Positions 18,913 through 28,138 of a stretch of 55,658 nt of DNA are shown here, piece by piece; the first letter of the stretch is position 1, and the number at the start of each line of letters is the position of its first letter. The notes under the pieces are model-generated. The model did no database searches and was not told where the DNA came from. It saw nothing but the letters and a program-made list of their open reading frames with translations. The stretch lies in the IMG/VR virus record IMGVR_UViG_3300025687_000056, positions 1 through 55,658 of that record. One strand, written 5' to 3'. The stretch is from a virus. Its lineage: Duplodnaviria; Caudoviricetes. Made by a program: the position numbers and the translations under genes.

Positions 18913-20355
18913 TTATAGAGGAGTTGCTCCTCCAGTTAGGTCTTGATTTTGTGTAATAGGTGTTTGAGGATTAGGTTTTTCTTTTATTTTTATAACACCC
19001 CCACCGTATCCTCCACCATTGTTTGTATCACTGTTTAATTTACCATAATTTATAAAAGGAGCATCTACAAATCCACCATTTCCTGTAGTAATATAATCAG
19101 GATTAACTGTTTTAGGTATAAAAGAATGTATAGGTTTAAAGTTAAATCCTGATATTTCAATTAATTTAGGCATAACCCATCCTCCTGTATTATTGTTAGA
19201 TTTATTATCTTCAGAACCAATATCCCAACCAGCATCATTATTAATAGTATAATTTAAAGAAGTTAATACTCCAGGAACATCTTTTAAATAATCTCCAATA
19301 GTTAATTTTATTAAATTACCTCTCATAAACCCACCATTTGAATAATCAGGGGCCATTATTGATGCTAAATAATTTAATTTTGAATATACAGATCGTTGTT
19401 CAAAAGCTGATAATACAGGTACTTTAAATGTGAATGAAATATCTCTAGAAAAACCATTATAGAAGTAAAAATTTTCTCCTCTACCCATATATTTTTGAGT
19501 ACCCCAATCAGCACCAAAACTATCAGCTAAACCTTCTATATATGATCTAAAATGAATGTAAGTATTATTTCCACTACCATCATTGTTAATAACAGTTATA
19601 TAAAAAGGAACTGTATCTGCTTTTACTAAATCAGATTTTGCTGTTAAGTCTCTGTATAAAGCAGCAGTTGTTATTTTATCAACTCTATCCTTTATGTTTT
19701 GTTCATTACCAAAATCTTTTGGTTTTTGTAAATATGTTTTACCTTCACCATATTGACTTCTAGTTTCTCTAGGAATTAATAAATTAGGTTGACCATATAA
19801 ATAACCAGCACCTTGGTTTACTCCTGAAGGACCACCATTAGATAAAATAACATTTGCTAAATGAAGACCTGTTGGGGCTAAAGTTGTGTTAACTAAAGGT
19901 GAAGTTGGATTATATGTTACTTTCCATTTTGTTTGATCAGGACCATATAATTGTATTTGTTCAGCTACATATAAACCAAACTGTTTAGCTAAAAAAACTA
20001 TTCCATTTTCTGAAGAAAGAAAACGGGTCATTCTATTAATATCTCTAGGGACAGCTGTTTTAAGAGCTGTTCCTCCTCTAACAAGTTGGTCAAGACCTAA
20101 TCCAGGAATATCTTGGGCTGGAAAAGCAGGAATTGGGTTTTTAACCCAATCTTGTTTGTTAAATTTATTTAAAAAAGGACTATTACCTCCTCCAGGTGAA
20201 TCACCACTATATTTTAAGTTTTTAAAATTATTACCTGCTCCTCCAGTAGGATATCCTTTTTCAGTATATGGCTGATAAGTATCAGTTACACCTTTTCGTG
20301 AATTATAGGTGTACTTAAAATCTTGAGGATTAGTTAATAAATTTTTTAAACTCAT
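18913..20355 (-). CDS. tail tube initiator-like baseplate protein (gp48/gp54/P2 gpU-like C-terminal domain)
   Basis: FRSYIEGLADSF.A.W....MGRGE.FY.Y.GFSRDISFTF and LTIGD....VPG.LTSL..T pattern; lies between TMP and the LysM gene. Confidence 0.6.
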   Translation of the reverse strand: MSLKNLLTNPQDFKYTYNSRKGVTDTYQPYTEKGYPTGGAGNNFKNLKYSGDSPGGGNSPFLNKFNKQDWVKNPIPAFPAQDIPGLGLDQLVRGGTALKTAVPRDINRMTRFLSSENGIVFLAKQFGLYVAEQIQLYGPDQTKWKVTYNPTSPLVNTTLAPTGLHLANVILSNGGPSGVNQGAGYLYGQPNLLIPRETRSQYGEGKTYLQKPKDFGNEQNIKDRVDKITTAALYRDLTAKSDLVKADTVPFYITVINNDGSGNNTYIHFRSYIEGLADSFGADWGTQKYMGRGENFYFYNGFSRDISFTFKVPVLSAFEQRSVYSKLNYLASIMAPDYSNGGFMRGNLIKLTIGDYLKDVPGVLTSLNYTINNDAGWDIGSEDNKSNNNTGGWVMPKLIEISGFNFKPIHSFIPKTVNPDYITTGNGGFVDAPFINYGKLNSDTNNGGGYGGGVIKIKEKPNPQTPITQNQDLTGGATPL

Positions 20356-20358
20356 TTA

Positions 20359-20604
20359 TTAATCTTTAACTGTGTATTTTTGAGGTGATTTACCAGCAAT
20401 AGCATCATCTCTATTTAATTGAGAAGTTGAAGCATTTGGATTATCTAATTTTGAAACTTGACTATAAGTACTAGGTTGTCTACTATCAATATCTAATATA
20501 GAAGCACCAGCGTTTACATTATCTAATCTAGAAACCTGGCTATACTTTTGAGGGTCTTTATTAATTGTTAAGTTTGATGTTTTAAAGCTATCTAAAAGTG
20601 CCAT
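20359..20604 (-). CDS. small protein with a 26-aa internal repeat
   Basis: PQKYSQVSRLDNVNA / PSTYSQVSKLDNPNA / PQKYT; own class II motif at 20619-20626. Confidence 0.7.
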   Translation of the reverse strand: MALLDSFKTSNLTINKDPQKYSQVSRLDNVNAGASILDIDSRQPSTYSQVSKLDNPNASTSQLNRDDAIAGKSPQKYTVKD

Positions 20605-20629
20605 AATTTATTTTTATTATAAATATTGA

Positions 20630-23600
20630 TTATCCCATTTTGTATCCACCTATTACTAAGCTTTCACCTACTTTTCTACTATCCATATAAACATTTCCTC
20701 CTTGTTTAACTGCAGCTATTAATTCATCCATTTTAGCATAAAATTCTCTTAATGGAATTACAGCTTCAGGTCCTGCTTCACCTACTAATGCTTTTGTTGG
20801 TTTGTTAACAATACCTCCAGCGGCCATTTCCATATCATAACCGCCGCCCATGTCACCACCCATATCATTATCATTTCTGTCTCTAACAGCTCCTACTAAT
20901 CCTGTTGGGTCTATAGCTTCTAAAGCGCCACCTAGACCTTCTCCTGATGCTAAAGCAGTGCCTGCTGATAATGCTAATCCAGCAACCATACCTATTGGAC
21001 CTAACATACCTAACATGCCTCCCATTCCTCCTCCTCCTTTTCCAATTCTTCTAACAGCATTATTTAGATTTCTAAATAAACCACTCATTTTAGTTTTTAA
21101 ACTTCTAAACATACCTTTCATACTTCTGTTTAAGTCTCTAAACATCTTTTTAGAATCTCGTCCTAATTTTTTAACATTTCTACTTAAACCAGAAGTTATT
21201 CTTCTAAGTCTACTTGATTGTTGTCTATTTGATCTACTAATATCGCGACTAGCTTTTTGCATAGTTCGTTTAGTATCTCTAGCATTTTTATCAGTTTGTC
21301 TTTTTATATCACGAGATGCTTTTTTAGTTAAATTAGATTGTTCTTTAGAGTTTTTATTGGCTTGTTTTTTAAGACTATTAGTTTGTTCTTTAGATTCTTC
21401 TTTTTGTGCTTCTGAAGCCTCTTTAACAGCGTCTACAGCTTCTTTAGAAGGATCTTTAGCAAATCTGCCTTTTTCATCTCTAAATTGACCATTTTTATCT
21501 TGTTGTGGACCTTTTAATGAGTCAGGAATATTTTTGCTAAGACTTTCTGGTAGGTTTTCAACAATTGTATAGGAAGGGTTAGATTTATCACCAATTTGTT
21601 TCTTTTTCCATCCTAGTCCTTCAAACATTTTTCTTCCTAAAAATGTTCCTACATTTCCAAGTATAGTACCTGCTGCTCTTATAGCACCTCCAGCTACTTT
21701 ACCTCCAAATAAGTATCCTAAAGTTGAAATAATAGGATTATTCTTAACAAATTCTCCAATCTTATCTAACATACCAGTAACACGCTTAGCCAGTTTTTCA
21801 GCATTATCAGGCATGTCATTAATAAACTTTTTTACTTCAGGATCTGTTAATAATTTTTGTAATTTTTCACCAAACCAGTCTGCAAATACTTTTTTAACTC
21901 TAATGGCTGCTTCTCTAATCTTTTGAACTAAAGGATCTAAAGCTTTAAAATAACCTAAAGAAGCGGCTTGTTTAGCTCTTTCAATTTCTTCTTCTCTTTC
22001 AGCTAAACTAACTCCTGATTTCATTGCTGCTAATCCGTCTTCTTGTTCATCAACCAAATTACCATTTAATGCTAGGTTGGATTTTTGGTCAGATAACATT
22101 TTAGCTAAATCCTGTCTACTTAAACCAACAGCTTTAGCATATGCTTCCTGTTGAACAACATTCATTTTATTAAACTCTTCAATAGAGCCAGCATTTTTAG
22201 CTATTTCTTCTTGTAATGTAGCTACATCACCATTTAAAGCAGCTTCTCTAGCTTTTTCAAGGTTTAATTCTTTACCTGTTAAGAGTTCAGCTTCCATTTC
22301 AGCAGCTAAACTGTCTTCAATATTTAATAAACTATTTGCTATATCTTCAGCTTTAGCTAATTCTAAACCATATTTTTTAGCGTCTGCTACAATTTTAACT
22401 AATTCTCCTTCTTGGCCTTTAAATCTTAACTTAATTACATCTGAAGTTTTGGCTACATCTCCTAATAATACTTTTTGACTAACTGCTAATTTATTATTTT
22501 TAATAGCAGATAAAGCAGCATCAGCCATATGTTCTGCTACTACTCCTGAATCGTCTCCAGATAATTTAGCAAATTTATGAATATCAGCTAAGTTTTCTGC
22601 GGACATTCCAGCGAATGTATTTAATCCAATAAAGGTTTTTAATGTTTTTTGGCTTAACTTTTCAGTACCACCCATAGCACCATACAAAGCTTCAGCTGAT
22701 TGTACTGAGGCGGCTTGAGTTGGTCCCATTCCTCTTACAGCACCCGCTAGTTTAGAAGCAGCCCCTTGAGCTAAACCTAAACTCCTAGCTAATGAAACAT
22801 TTTCTCCAGATATTTTTTTAGCAGCTTCTAATCCTTCTTGATAACCTTTTTTAAGATGTCCAAATAATTTTTGAACACCGCTGATGAAAAAACCTATCAT
22901 TGCTAAAGGACTAAAAACAGTTGAAATTACTGATCCTAAAGATTTAAAACCAATAGCTGCTCTTTTAAGAAGGCCAGGAAATCCTTTTAATGGTTTAGTA
23001 CCACCTTCTGTCATTTCGTAACGAAATCTTTTCATTTCGGTACTTAAATCCTTAAGTTTGAGATATTTTGATATACCACCAGCACCAATTTTATTTAAGG
23101 CACTATCAATTTTATCAAAAGTTTCAGCAGTTGTAGAAGTAAGAGCTTTTTGGGTTTCAAGAGATTCATTTAAATACTCATTATTAGCTTCTAAAGTTTT
23201 GCTTGTTTGTTGTAATAAAGAATAATTTTGTTCTTCAATACTAAGACTTTCTTTTTCAGCAATTAAAGCGTTGCTTTGTTCAAAATATTGTCGGGCTAAT
23301 TCATCTGCTTTTTCTTTAGCACCTTTAACTCCTAATGTTTCTTGTTCTCTTAATTTAGATAATAATTCTTTTGATTTATCTAAACCTTTCTCTTGTTCTT
23401 TAATGTTTTTAAGTCTTTCAGTTCCTTCTTTACCTATTTCTTTTTCAAGAGTAATTTTTTGTCTAGCTATTTCATTTATTAATTTATCATTTTTAGCTAA
23501 GTCTTTTTGGATGTCATTAATAGAGTTATATTGTGATGCTAATGATTGTGTTAATTTAGTAGCTTTTTTAACTGATTCTACTGCTAAATTATTTTGGGTA

Positions 23601-23776
23601 TAGTTTTCTTTATTAGCTTTATTTAAAAAAGTTATTTTGTCCTTAATTTGACCAACAAGATTTAGCTGTTCAGCTAATAATCTATTAGACTCCTCTAAGT
23701 TTTTTTTCCTTATAGCTTCAACTTTATCATCCTTAGGAGGAGTTTGGGATTTATCTTTACCTGTTTGTTTAGCCAT
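20630..23776 (-). CDS. tape measure protein
   Basis: 1048-aa helical A/K/L/E-rich protein directly after the tail chaperones; C-terminal MAAGGIV.KPT.ALVGEAGPEAVIPL motif typical of TMPs. Confidence 0.85.
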   Translation of the reverse strand: MAKQTGKDKSQTPPKDDKVEAIRKKNLEESNRLLAEQLNLVGQIKDKITFLNKANKENYTQNNLAVESVKKATKLTQSLASQYNSINDIQKDLAKNDKLINEIARQKITLEKEIGKEGTERLKNIKEQEKGLDKSKELLSKLREQETLGVKGAKEKADELARQYFEQSNALIAEKESLSIEEQNYSLLQQTSKTLEANNEYLNESLETQKALTSTTAETFDKIDSALNKIGAGGISKYLKLKDLSTEMKRFRYEMTEGGTKPLKGFPGLLKRAAIGFKSLGSVISTVFSPLAMIGFFISGVQKLFGHLKKGYQEGLEAAKKISGENVSLARSLGLAQGAASKLAGAVRGMGPTQAASVQSAEALYGAMGGTEKLSQKTLKTFIGLNTFAGMSAENLADIHKFAKLSGDDSGVVAEHMADAALSAIKNNKLAVSQKVLLGDVAKTSDVIKLRFKGQEGELVKIVADAKKYGLELAKAEDIANSLLNIEDSLAAEMEAELLTGKELNLEKAREAALNGDVATLQEEIAKNAGSIEEFNKMNVVQQEAYAKAVGLSRQDLAKMLSDQKSNLALNGNLVDEQEDGLAAMKSGVSLAEREEEIERAKQAASLGYFKALDPLVQKIREAAIRVKKVFADWFGEKLQKLLTDPEVKKFINDMPDNAEKLAKRVTGMLDKIGEFVKNNPIISTLGYLFGGKVAGGAIRAAGTILGNVGTFLGRKMFEGLGWKKKQIGDKSNPSYTIVENLPESLSKNIPDSLKGPQQDKNGQFRDEKGRFAKDPSKEAVDAVKEASEAQKEESKEQTNSLKKQANKNSKEQSNLTKKASRDIKRQTDKNARDTKRTMQKASRDISRSNRQQSSRLRRITSGLSRNVKKLGRDSKKMFRDLNRSMKGMFRSLKTKMSGLFRNLNNAVRRIGKGGGGMGGMLGMLGPIGMVAGLALSAGTALASGEGLGGALEAIDPTGLVGAVRDRNDNDMGGDMGGGYDMEMAAGGIVNKPTKALVGEAGPEAVIPLREFYAKMDELIAAVKQGGNVYMDSRKVGESLVIGGYKMG

Positions 23777-23823
23777 CTTACAATTAAGTTATATGTTATA
23801 AATATTTAAACATATAGCTTTTA

Positions 23824-24088
23824 TTATTTTCTTACATTCTGTCTGTAAGTTTGGGCAGCTGCTAATGGATTATTAAAATCAATTTCTGTTGAAGAAGAAT
23901 CTCCCCCTGATGAATTTGATTTATTTTCTTCATCATAATGGTCAAGCATTAATTTAAAAGTAAATTTTCTTAACCAGATAGGCATGTTATAGACAGTATG
24001 CCAGTCATAACCACCTTTACCATGAAATACTATTTCATGTATTTGTTTAAATAAATAAAGTCTATAGTCCGAAGTCAGGCCAAAAAAA
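23824..24088 (-). CDS. tail assembly chaperone C-terminal extension (gp51/lambda T-like), probably expressed by frameshift
   Basis: GYDWHTVYNMPIWLRKF resembles gp51-like chaperones. No ATG precedes the conserved part (track start is TTG). Overlaps the upstream gene across a T7 run. Confidence 0.6.
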
Positions 24089-24841
24089 GTTGAGATTAAT
24101 TGGTATACGAACGTCCTCCTCAACGCCGTCCTCTGTAGTATGAGTAAAAGTCATATTAATATCTGGCTGGATACTTTTAATATATTCTCTTAAGGCTCTA
24201 GAGTCAGCAGCTAACATATAATTATCTACAAAATCACGAATTGTTTTTCTATCATCATCTCCATTAATAGATAAGATCATATGTTTTAATCTTGTAGTTG
24301 TTTCTGGAGAAGCATTTTTATTAATTTTTTGGATACCTTTAATTTCTCCTTCAATAATTTTTTCATCTTTACCATTTAATAATTTAAATGTAATTTCATT
24401 TTTAGATTTTGGTAAAGTAAATTTGAAAGAGTTAACACCTGGTTCATCGATAAGATCTTCTCTTAATTCAATATTATCTAATTCACCTAACTCAACATTA
24501 TATTCATTTCCTTCATAGGTAAAACTATAATCAGAACCATAACCTAATACACGAGCAGCTACCATTATAGCATTTTTATCACCTACTAATAACTCATCAT
24601 AATCACATTTTGTAAGAATTAATGATTGAAGTAATTTGTCAACTACAATACCTTTTGAAATGTAATTTTGGTTAGTTAAAATGTCTTCTTCTTTAGCAGT
24701 CATGTACTTCATTTCAATAGTTCCTGAATGAAGTGGGCTTGATTTAGGATACAATAATCCTTTTGAAGGTAATTCTACGTGCTCGGAAGGGAATTTAAAT
24801 TTTGATGTTTCTTGAACAACTTGAGTTTCGTTATTTTCCAT
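24062..24841 (-). CDS. tail/baseplate assembly chaperone (T4 gp26-like)
   Basis: VELPSKG..YP, MKYMTAKEEDIL, LLVGDKNAIMVAAR, ends NFFWP; lies between tube and TMP. Confidence 0.8.
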   Translation of the reverse strand: MENNETQVVQETSKFKFPSEHVELPSKGLLYPKSSPLHSGTIEMKYMTAKEEDILTNQNYISKGIVVDKLLQSLILTKCDYDELLVGDKNAIMVAARVLGYGSDYSFTYEGNEYNVELGELDNIELREDLIDEPGVNSFKFTLPKSKNEITFKLLNGKDEKIIEGEIKGIQKINKNASPETTTRLKHMILSINGDDDRKTIRDFVDNYMLAADSRALREYIKSIQPDINMTFTHTTEDGVEEDVRIPINLNFFWPDFGL

Positions 24842-24887
24842 AATCTATTTTTGTTATAACTTTTTATATCATATATAAATATGCCAG

Positions 24888-24922
24888 AAAAAAAGAAGCT
24901 CGCGATTTCTCGCGAGCTTTTT
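24888..24922 (-). terminator. intrinsic terminator after the tail tube gene
   Basis: Perfect 10-bp stem AAGCTCGCGA-GAAA-TCGCGAGCTT (24896-24919) followed by CTTTTTTT. The T-run on the other side suggests it is bidirectional. Confidence 0.9.
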
Positions 24923-24939
24923 ATGTTTTCTTTTTAAAA

Positions 24940-25428
24940 TTAGAAATTCAATACGCAATAATCCATACCAACAGTCATTGTAAGGTTCACAGCGGCATCA
25001 GCTGTATCCCAGTTATAATCACCGAAGTTGGCTTCTTTAATAAAGGCTCCTTTAATTACCCATTCTGATACAATATCACCTACTGGACCTAAGATATCAA
25101 TGGTTAAGTCTTTTTTATACATGTCTGAGTAACCATCTCTACCTGTTACTGATTCATGATGCATACGTACCCATTCCATTACAGACAAAGCTCCTGATGG
25201 TGTAATAGGATCAAACAATGTCATCTGAATATCACCCCATGTAGTTCTACCTTTAACTTTTCTATAAACGTTAATATGGTTAAGAACAATTTCAGGTTGG
25301 CTCAATGTAACAGCGTTAACACCTTTGATTAAGTATGCCGGAATACCGTCTATGTATAGAATAAATCTATTTGGAGTCTTTGGTTCAAAGGCGGTAAAGA
25401 AAATTTCGTTTGCGTTTAGTATTGCCAT
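24940..25428 (-). CDS. tail tube protein (T4 gp19-like)
   Basis: 162 aa after the sheath; FEPK..NRF, KVKGRTTW.DI.MTL.DPI, EW, YKKDL, W.IKGAF. Confidence 0.88.
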   Translation of the reverse strand: MAILNANEIFFTAFEPKTPNRFILYIDGIPAYLIKGVNAVTLSQPEIVLNHINVYRKVKGRTTWGDIQMTLFDPITPSGALSVMEWVRMHHESVTGRDGYSDMYKKDLTIDILGPVGDIVSEWVIKGAFIKEANFGDYNWDTADAAVNLTMTVGMDYCVLNF

Positions 25429-25442
25429 TTTATTATTTTATT

Positions 25443-25450
25443 ATAAATAT
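25443..25450 (-). promoter_or_regulatory. class II (putative late) promoter motif ATATTTAT; representative of 13 copies at gene boundaries
   Basis: Plus-strand ataaatat at 5263, 14344, 20619, 23798, 24875, 25443, 27275, 27342, 28122, 49202, 52349, 53146 and 54094; each upstream of a minus-strand gene and lacking the TTTG-N20 element. Confidence 0.75.
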
Positions 25451-25465
25451 TCTATCTTTAAAAAA

Positions 25466-27250
25466 TTAACCCGGGAAAGTAGCTCCTGTTGGTAAAATGT
25501 TGAAATCCAAATAAATAAATTCAGCAGTTTTAGTTGGTTGTAAATAGATCTGACCAATTAATTCATTTCTATCAATTACATCTGCTGTGTTATTTGAATC
25601 GTCCATAATTACTTTATAAGCAAACAAACCTTGTTGTTGTTGAACTGATTCTAAATATGGGTTAACTTGGTTTAAGAAACTAGTACGAGTAGCTACTGTA
25701 TTTTGTTCAAATACTAAGTTATTAGCAATATCGCTGATTCTAGTTTTTAAAGCAATTAACAATCTTCTAACATTTACTCTATCCAAAGCAGAAGCTCTAG
25801 TTTGTAATGTTTTCTGACCATATACTACAACTCCTTGTCCTGGGAAAGTAGCTACTGGGTTTACTTTGTTTTGGTAAAGTGTATTTCTATCACTATTAGT
25901 TAATTTCTTTTCAGCACTAATAGCGTTTATAATACCTCCTCTATTCAAACCAGCTGGAGCAAACCATGGAGCAGCAATTGTGTCGTTATTAACATATACC
26001 GCTGGAATCATAGTAGAAGCTGGAACCCAAGTAAATTCACCTGTTAATGGATCAACTGTTTGAACCCAAGGCCAGTAAGTAGCAGCGTATGAAGTATCTA
26101 TTGTATTAGCGTATTGAGATACCGCTGTAACTGTACTACCATATAAAGCCATATCGATCACTGCAATAGCATCTCCTCTGTTTGTAGTATTGTTTACTAA
26201 AGTATTTAATGAAGTTATACCAGTAGCATTGTCATAAGCTAAACCTGGTACTGCGATTACATTATAAGCATATTCATCTTGGTTTGACATGATATCAATA
26301 CCACCAGTAATATTAGCAGCACTTAAACCTTGAATGTTAGTAGAAGTAATATTGTTGTAGTATTTATCGGCTCCACTAGTTCCTAAATTACCTATAGCAT
26401 TTCCAAAGTAACCTTGTTGAGCTACTGGGATTGAAGCTGTAAACTCAGCTTTAGCATTTCCATTGTTATCATAGAAATAAGGAGTTTTATATGGTACTGA
26501 AGTAATAGTAATATAATTACTTCTATTTGGATAGTTTCCAGAAGTATTTACATACTCATATTTACCATTTGAGCCTGTAGCAACTGTAAATGTTTGGTTA
26601 CCAATTACTCTTTCAATGTAGTTTGGTTGAGTTGGGTCTAATGATAAGTTAGTCCAAGTTTCTAATACAACTTTACTATTTGTATTATCATCTCCTCTTC
26701 TTACTAATAATGAAAAAGTTCCTGAAGCTGTATTTGGTGATACAATTTCATAACGTAAGTTATCAATAGTACCATTTGTTAATGAACCACTAGCATCTAT
26801 ACTACCTGAACTGTTTTGGTTAGCTCCATAACTTAATGGAGCGATAGTAAATGAAGCTGATGAGTTAAGGTTTGAAGCAGCGCCTAATTCAACTGTGTTA
26901 ATAATACCTGTAACATCACCGTCATTTTGACTACCGGTAATTGAAATTGCTGATGCAGCTGTGAATGAACCACTAGCTACTCTAGTAACCCATAAACTTT
27001 CTCCTCCGTTTTGGAAGTAGTTATAAGCTGCTGTTGATGTGAAATAAGTGTATTGAGTCGAACCACTCAAAAACGTACCGCCAAAATAAGTCAAATATTC
27101 TGAGAAGCTAGTAATTCTTCTTGGAACATAAGGCTGACCTTTTACTGTTGGACCAACAATAGCTGCTCCAATAGTAGCTGCTGCTTGGCCGGTAACTGTT
27201 AAATCGTTTTCTCTTGCTAATACGCCTGGAGATAAAAGTGTTTCTGCCAT
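25466..27250 (-). CDS. tail sheath protein (T4 gp18-like)
   Basis: SPGV..RE.D, YWPW, PWFAPAG..RG, GQKTL, RVNVRRLL, FEQN, P.KTAEFI.LDF. Confidence 0.95.
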   Translation of the reverse strand: MAETLLSPGVLARENDLTVTGQAAATIGAAIVGPTVKGQPYVPRRITSFSEYLTYFGGTFLSGSTQYTYFTSTAAYNYFQNGGESLWVTRVASGSFTAASAISITGSQNDGDVTGIINTVELGAASNLNSSASFTIAPLSYGANQNSSGSIDASGSLTNGTIDNLRYEIVSPNTASGTFSLLVRRGDDNTNSKVVLETWTNLSLDPTQPNYIERVIGNQTFTVATGSNGKYEYVNTSGNYPNRSNYITITSVPYKTPYFYDNNGNAKAEFTASIPVAQQGYFGNAIGNLGTSGADKYYNNITSTNIQGLSAANITGGIDIMSNQDEYAYNVIAVPGLAYDNATGITSLNTLVNNTTNRGDAIAVIDMALYGSTVTAVSQYANTIDTSYAATYWPWVQTVDPLTGEFTWVPASTMIPAVYVNNDTIAAPWFAPAGLNRGGIINAISAEKKLTNSDRNTLYQNKVNPVATFPGQGVVVYGQKTLQTRASALDRVNVRRLLIALKTRISDIANNLVFEQNTVATRTSFLNQVNPYLESVQQQQGLFAYKVIMDDSNNTADVIDRNELIGQIYLQPTKTAEFIYLDFNILPTGATFPG

Positions 27251-27359
27251 GTTTGTGTTTTAATTTATTCTATTATAAATATGTTAAAGTTGTTCAAAAG
27301 TTCATTATTATAAAAACAATTAAGTAGAAACCCTTTCAGTGATAAATATGGTGTTTTTT

Positions 27360-28115
27360 TTAAATATACGTTATTGTATAGAAAAAGTCTGTGTCAAAAG
27401 TTTGGGTTTCAAATTCTAATATATTACCAGCCAAACCATTTACTACTATACCATTTCCAACACCTGCACTTCCAGAAACTGTGGCTGTTACAAAACAATT
27501 TAATCCTAAAGTTTTACCACTTAATTCAGTAATAGTAACAGAAGCAGTAGCTGGGTTACCTGTTTTATCAGCACCAGCAATAAATTTAAGTGAAGCTCCT
27601 GTAACTTTAACACTACCACTTGGAAAATATGTTCCTTCAACAGATGAAACTGATGGTGAGTTAACTACATTTGTTGCCCAAGAAGAAGTTCCAGTTAAGT
27701 TTCCTATAAATAAAGAAGCAGATAACGCGTTTGTAGATGGTTGATACCATAAACCAGAATAATCTGATCCTGAATCAACTAATAATGTAGAGTATTTAGG
27801 ATAACCAGAAGTACTATCTGCTACAAAAGGCACTAAAAATTGATTTGTTGAAGTTACACTACTGCTAACTACTATTTGACTTGCTTTACTAGCTGAGTCT
27901 GCTGTACCAGTCACATTACCTTTTAAACTACCTGTATATCCATCTAAAGAATTTACACTACCTGTTAAAGTTAATGATCCTGAAATTGTAATATCATAAG
28001 CAGCTGCTCCTGTTAGAGCATCAACTGATTGAGATACATGCCAAGACTCAATAGAATAGTTTTGTGAAATTTGGTCTGAGCCTGTAGCAAATATTTGTTT
28101 TAATATAAGTGCCAT
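27360..28115 (-). CDS. S/T/G-rich virion structural protein (fibre/collar-like)
   Basis: 251 aa with seven [S/T]GS motifs and G.LTGT.S.A-like fibre repeats; class II motif at 28122-28129. Confidence 0.65.
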   Translation of the reverse strand: MALILKQIFATGSDQISQNYSIESWHVSQSVDALTGAAAYDITISGSLTLTGSVNSLDGYTGSLKGNVTGTADSASKASQIVVSSSVTSTNQFLVPFVADSTSGYPKYSTLLVDSGSDYSGLWYQPSTNALSASLFIGNLTGTSSWATNVVNSPSVSSVEGTYFPSGSVKVTGASLKFIAGADKTGNPATASVTITELSGKTLGLNCFVTATVSGSAGVGNGIVVNGLAGNILEFETQTFDTDFFYTITYI

Positions 28116-28138
28116 TTAGCGATAAATATTATTATTTT

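Noticed and set aside
27283-27359. Structured RNA in the sheath leader (gaaa-ccc-tttc)
   Set aside because: Only a 4-bp stem in AT-rich sequence; the region is adequately explained by two tandem class II motifs.
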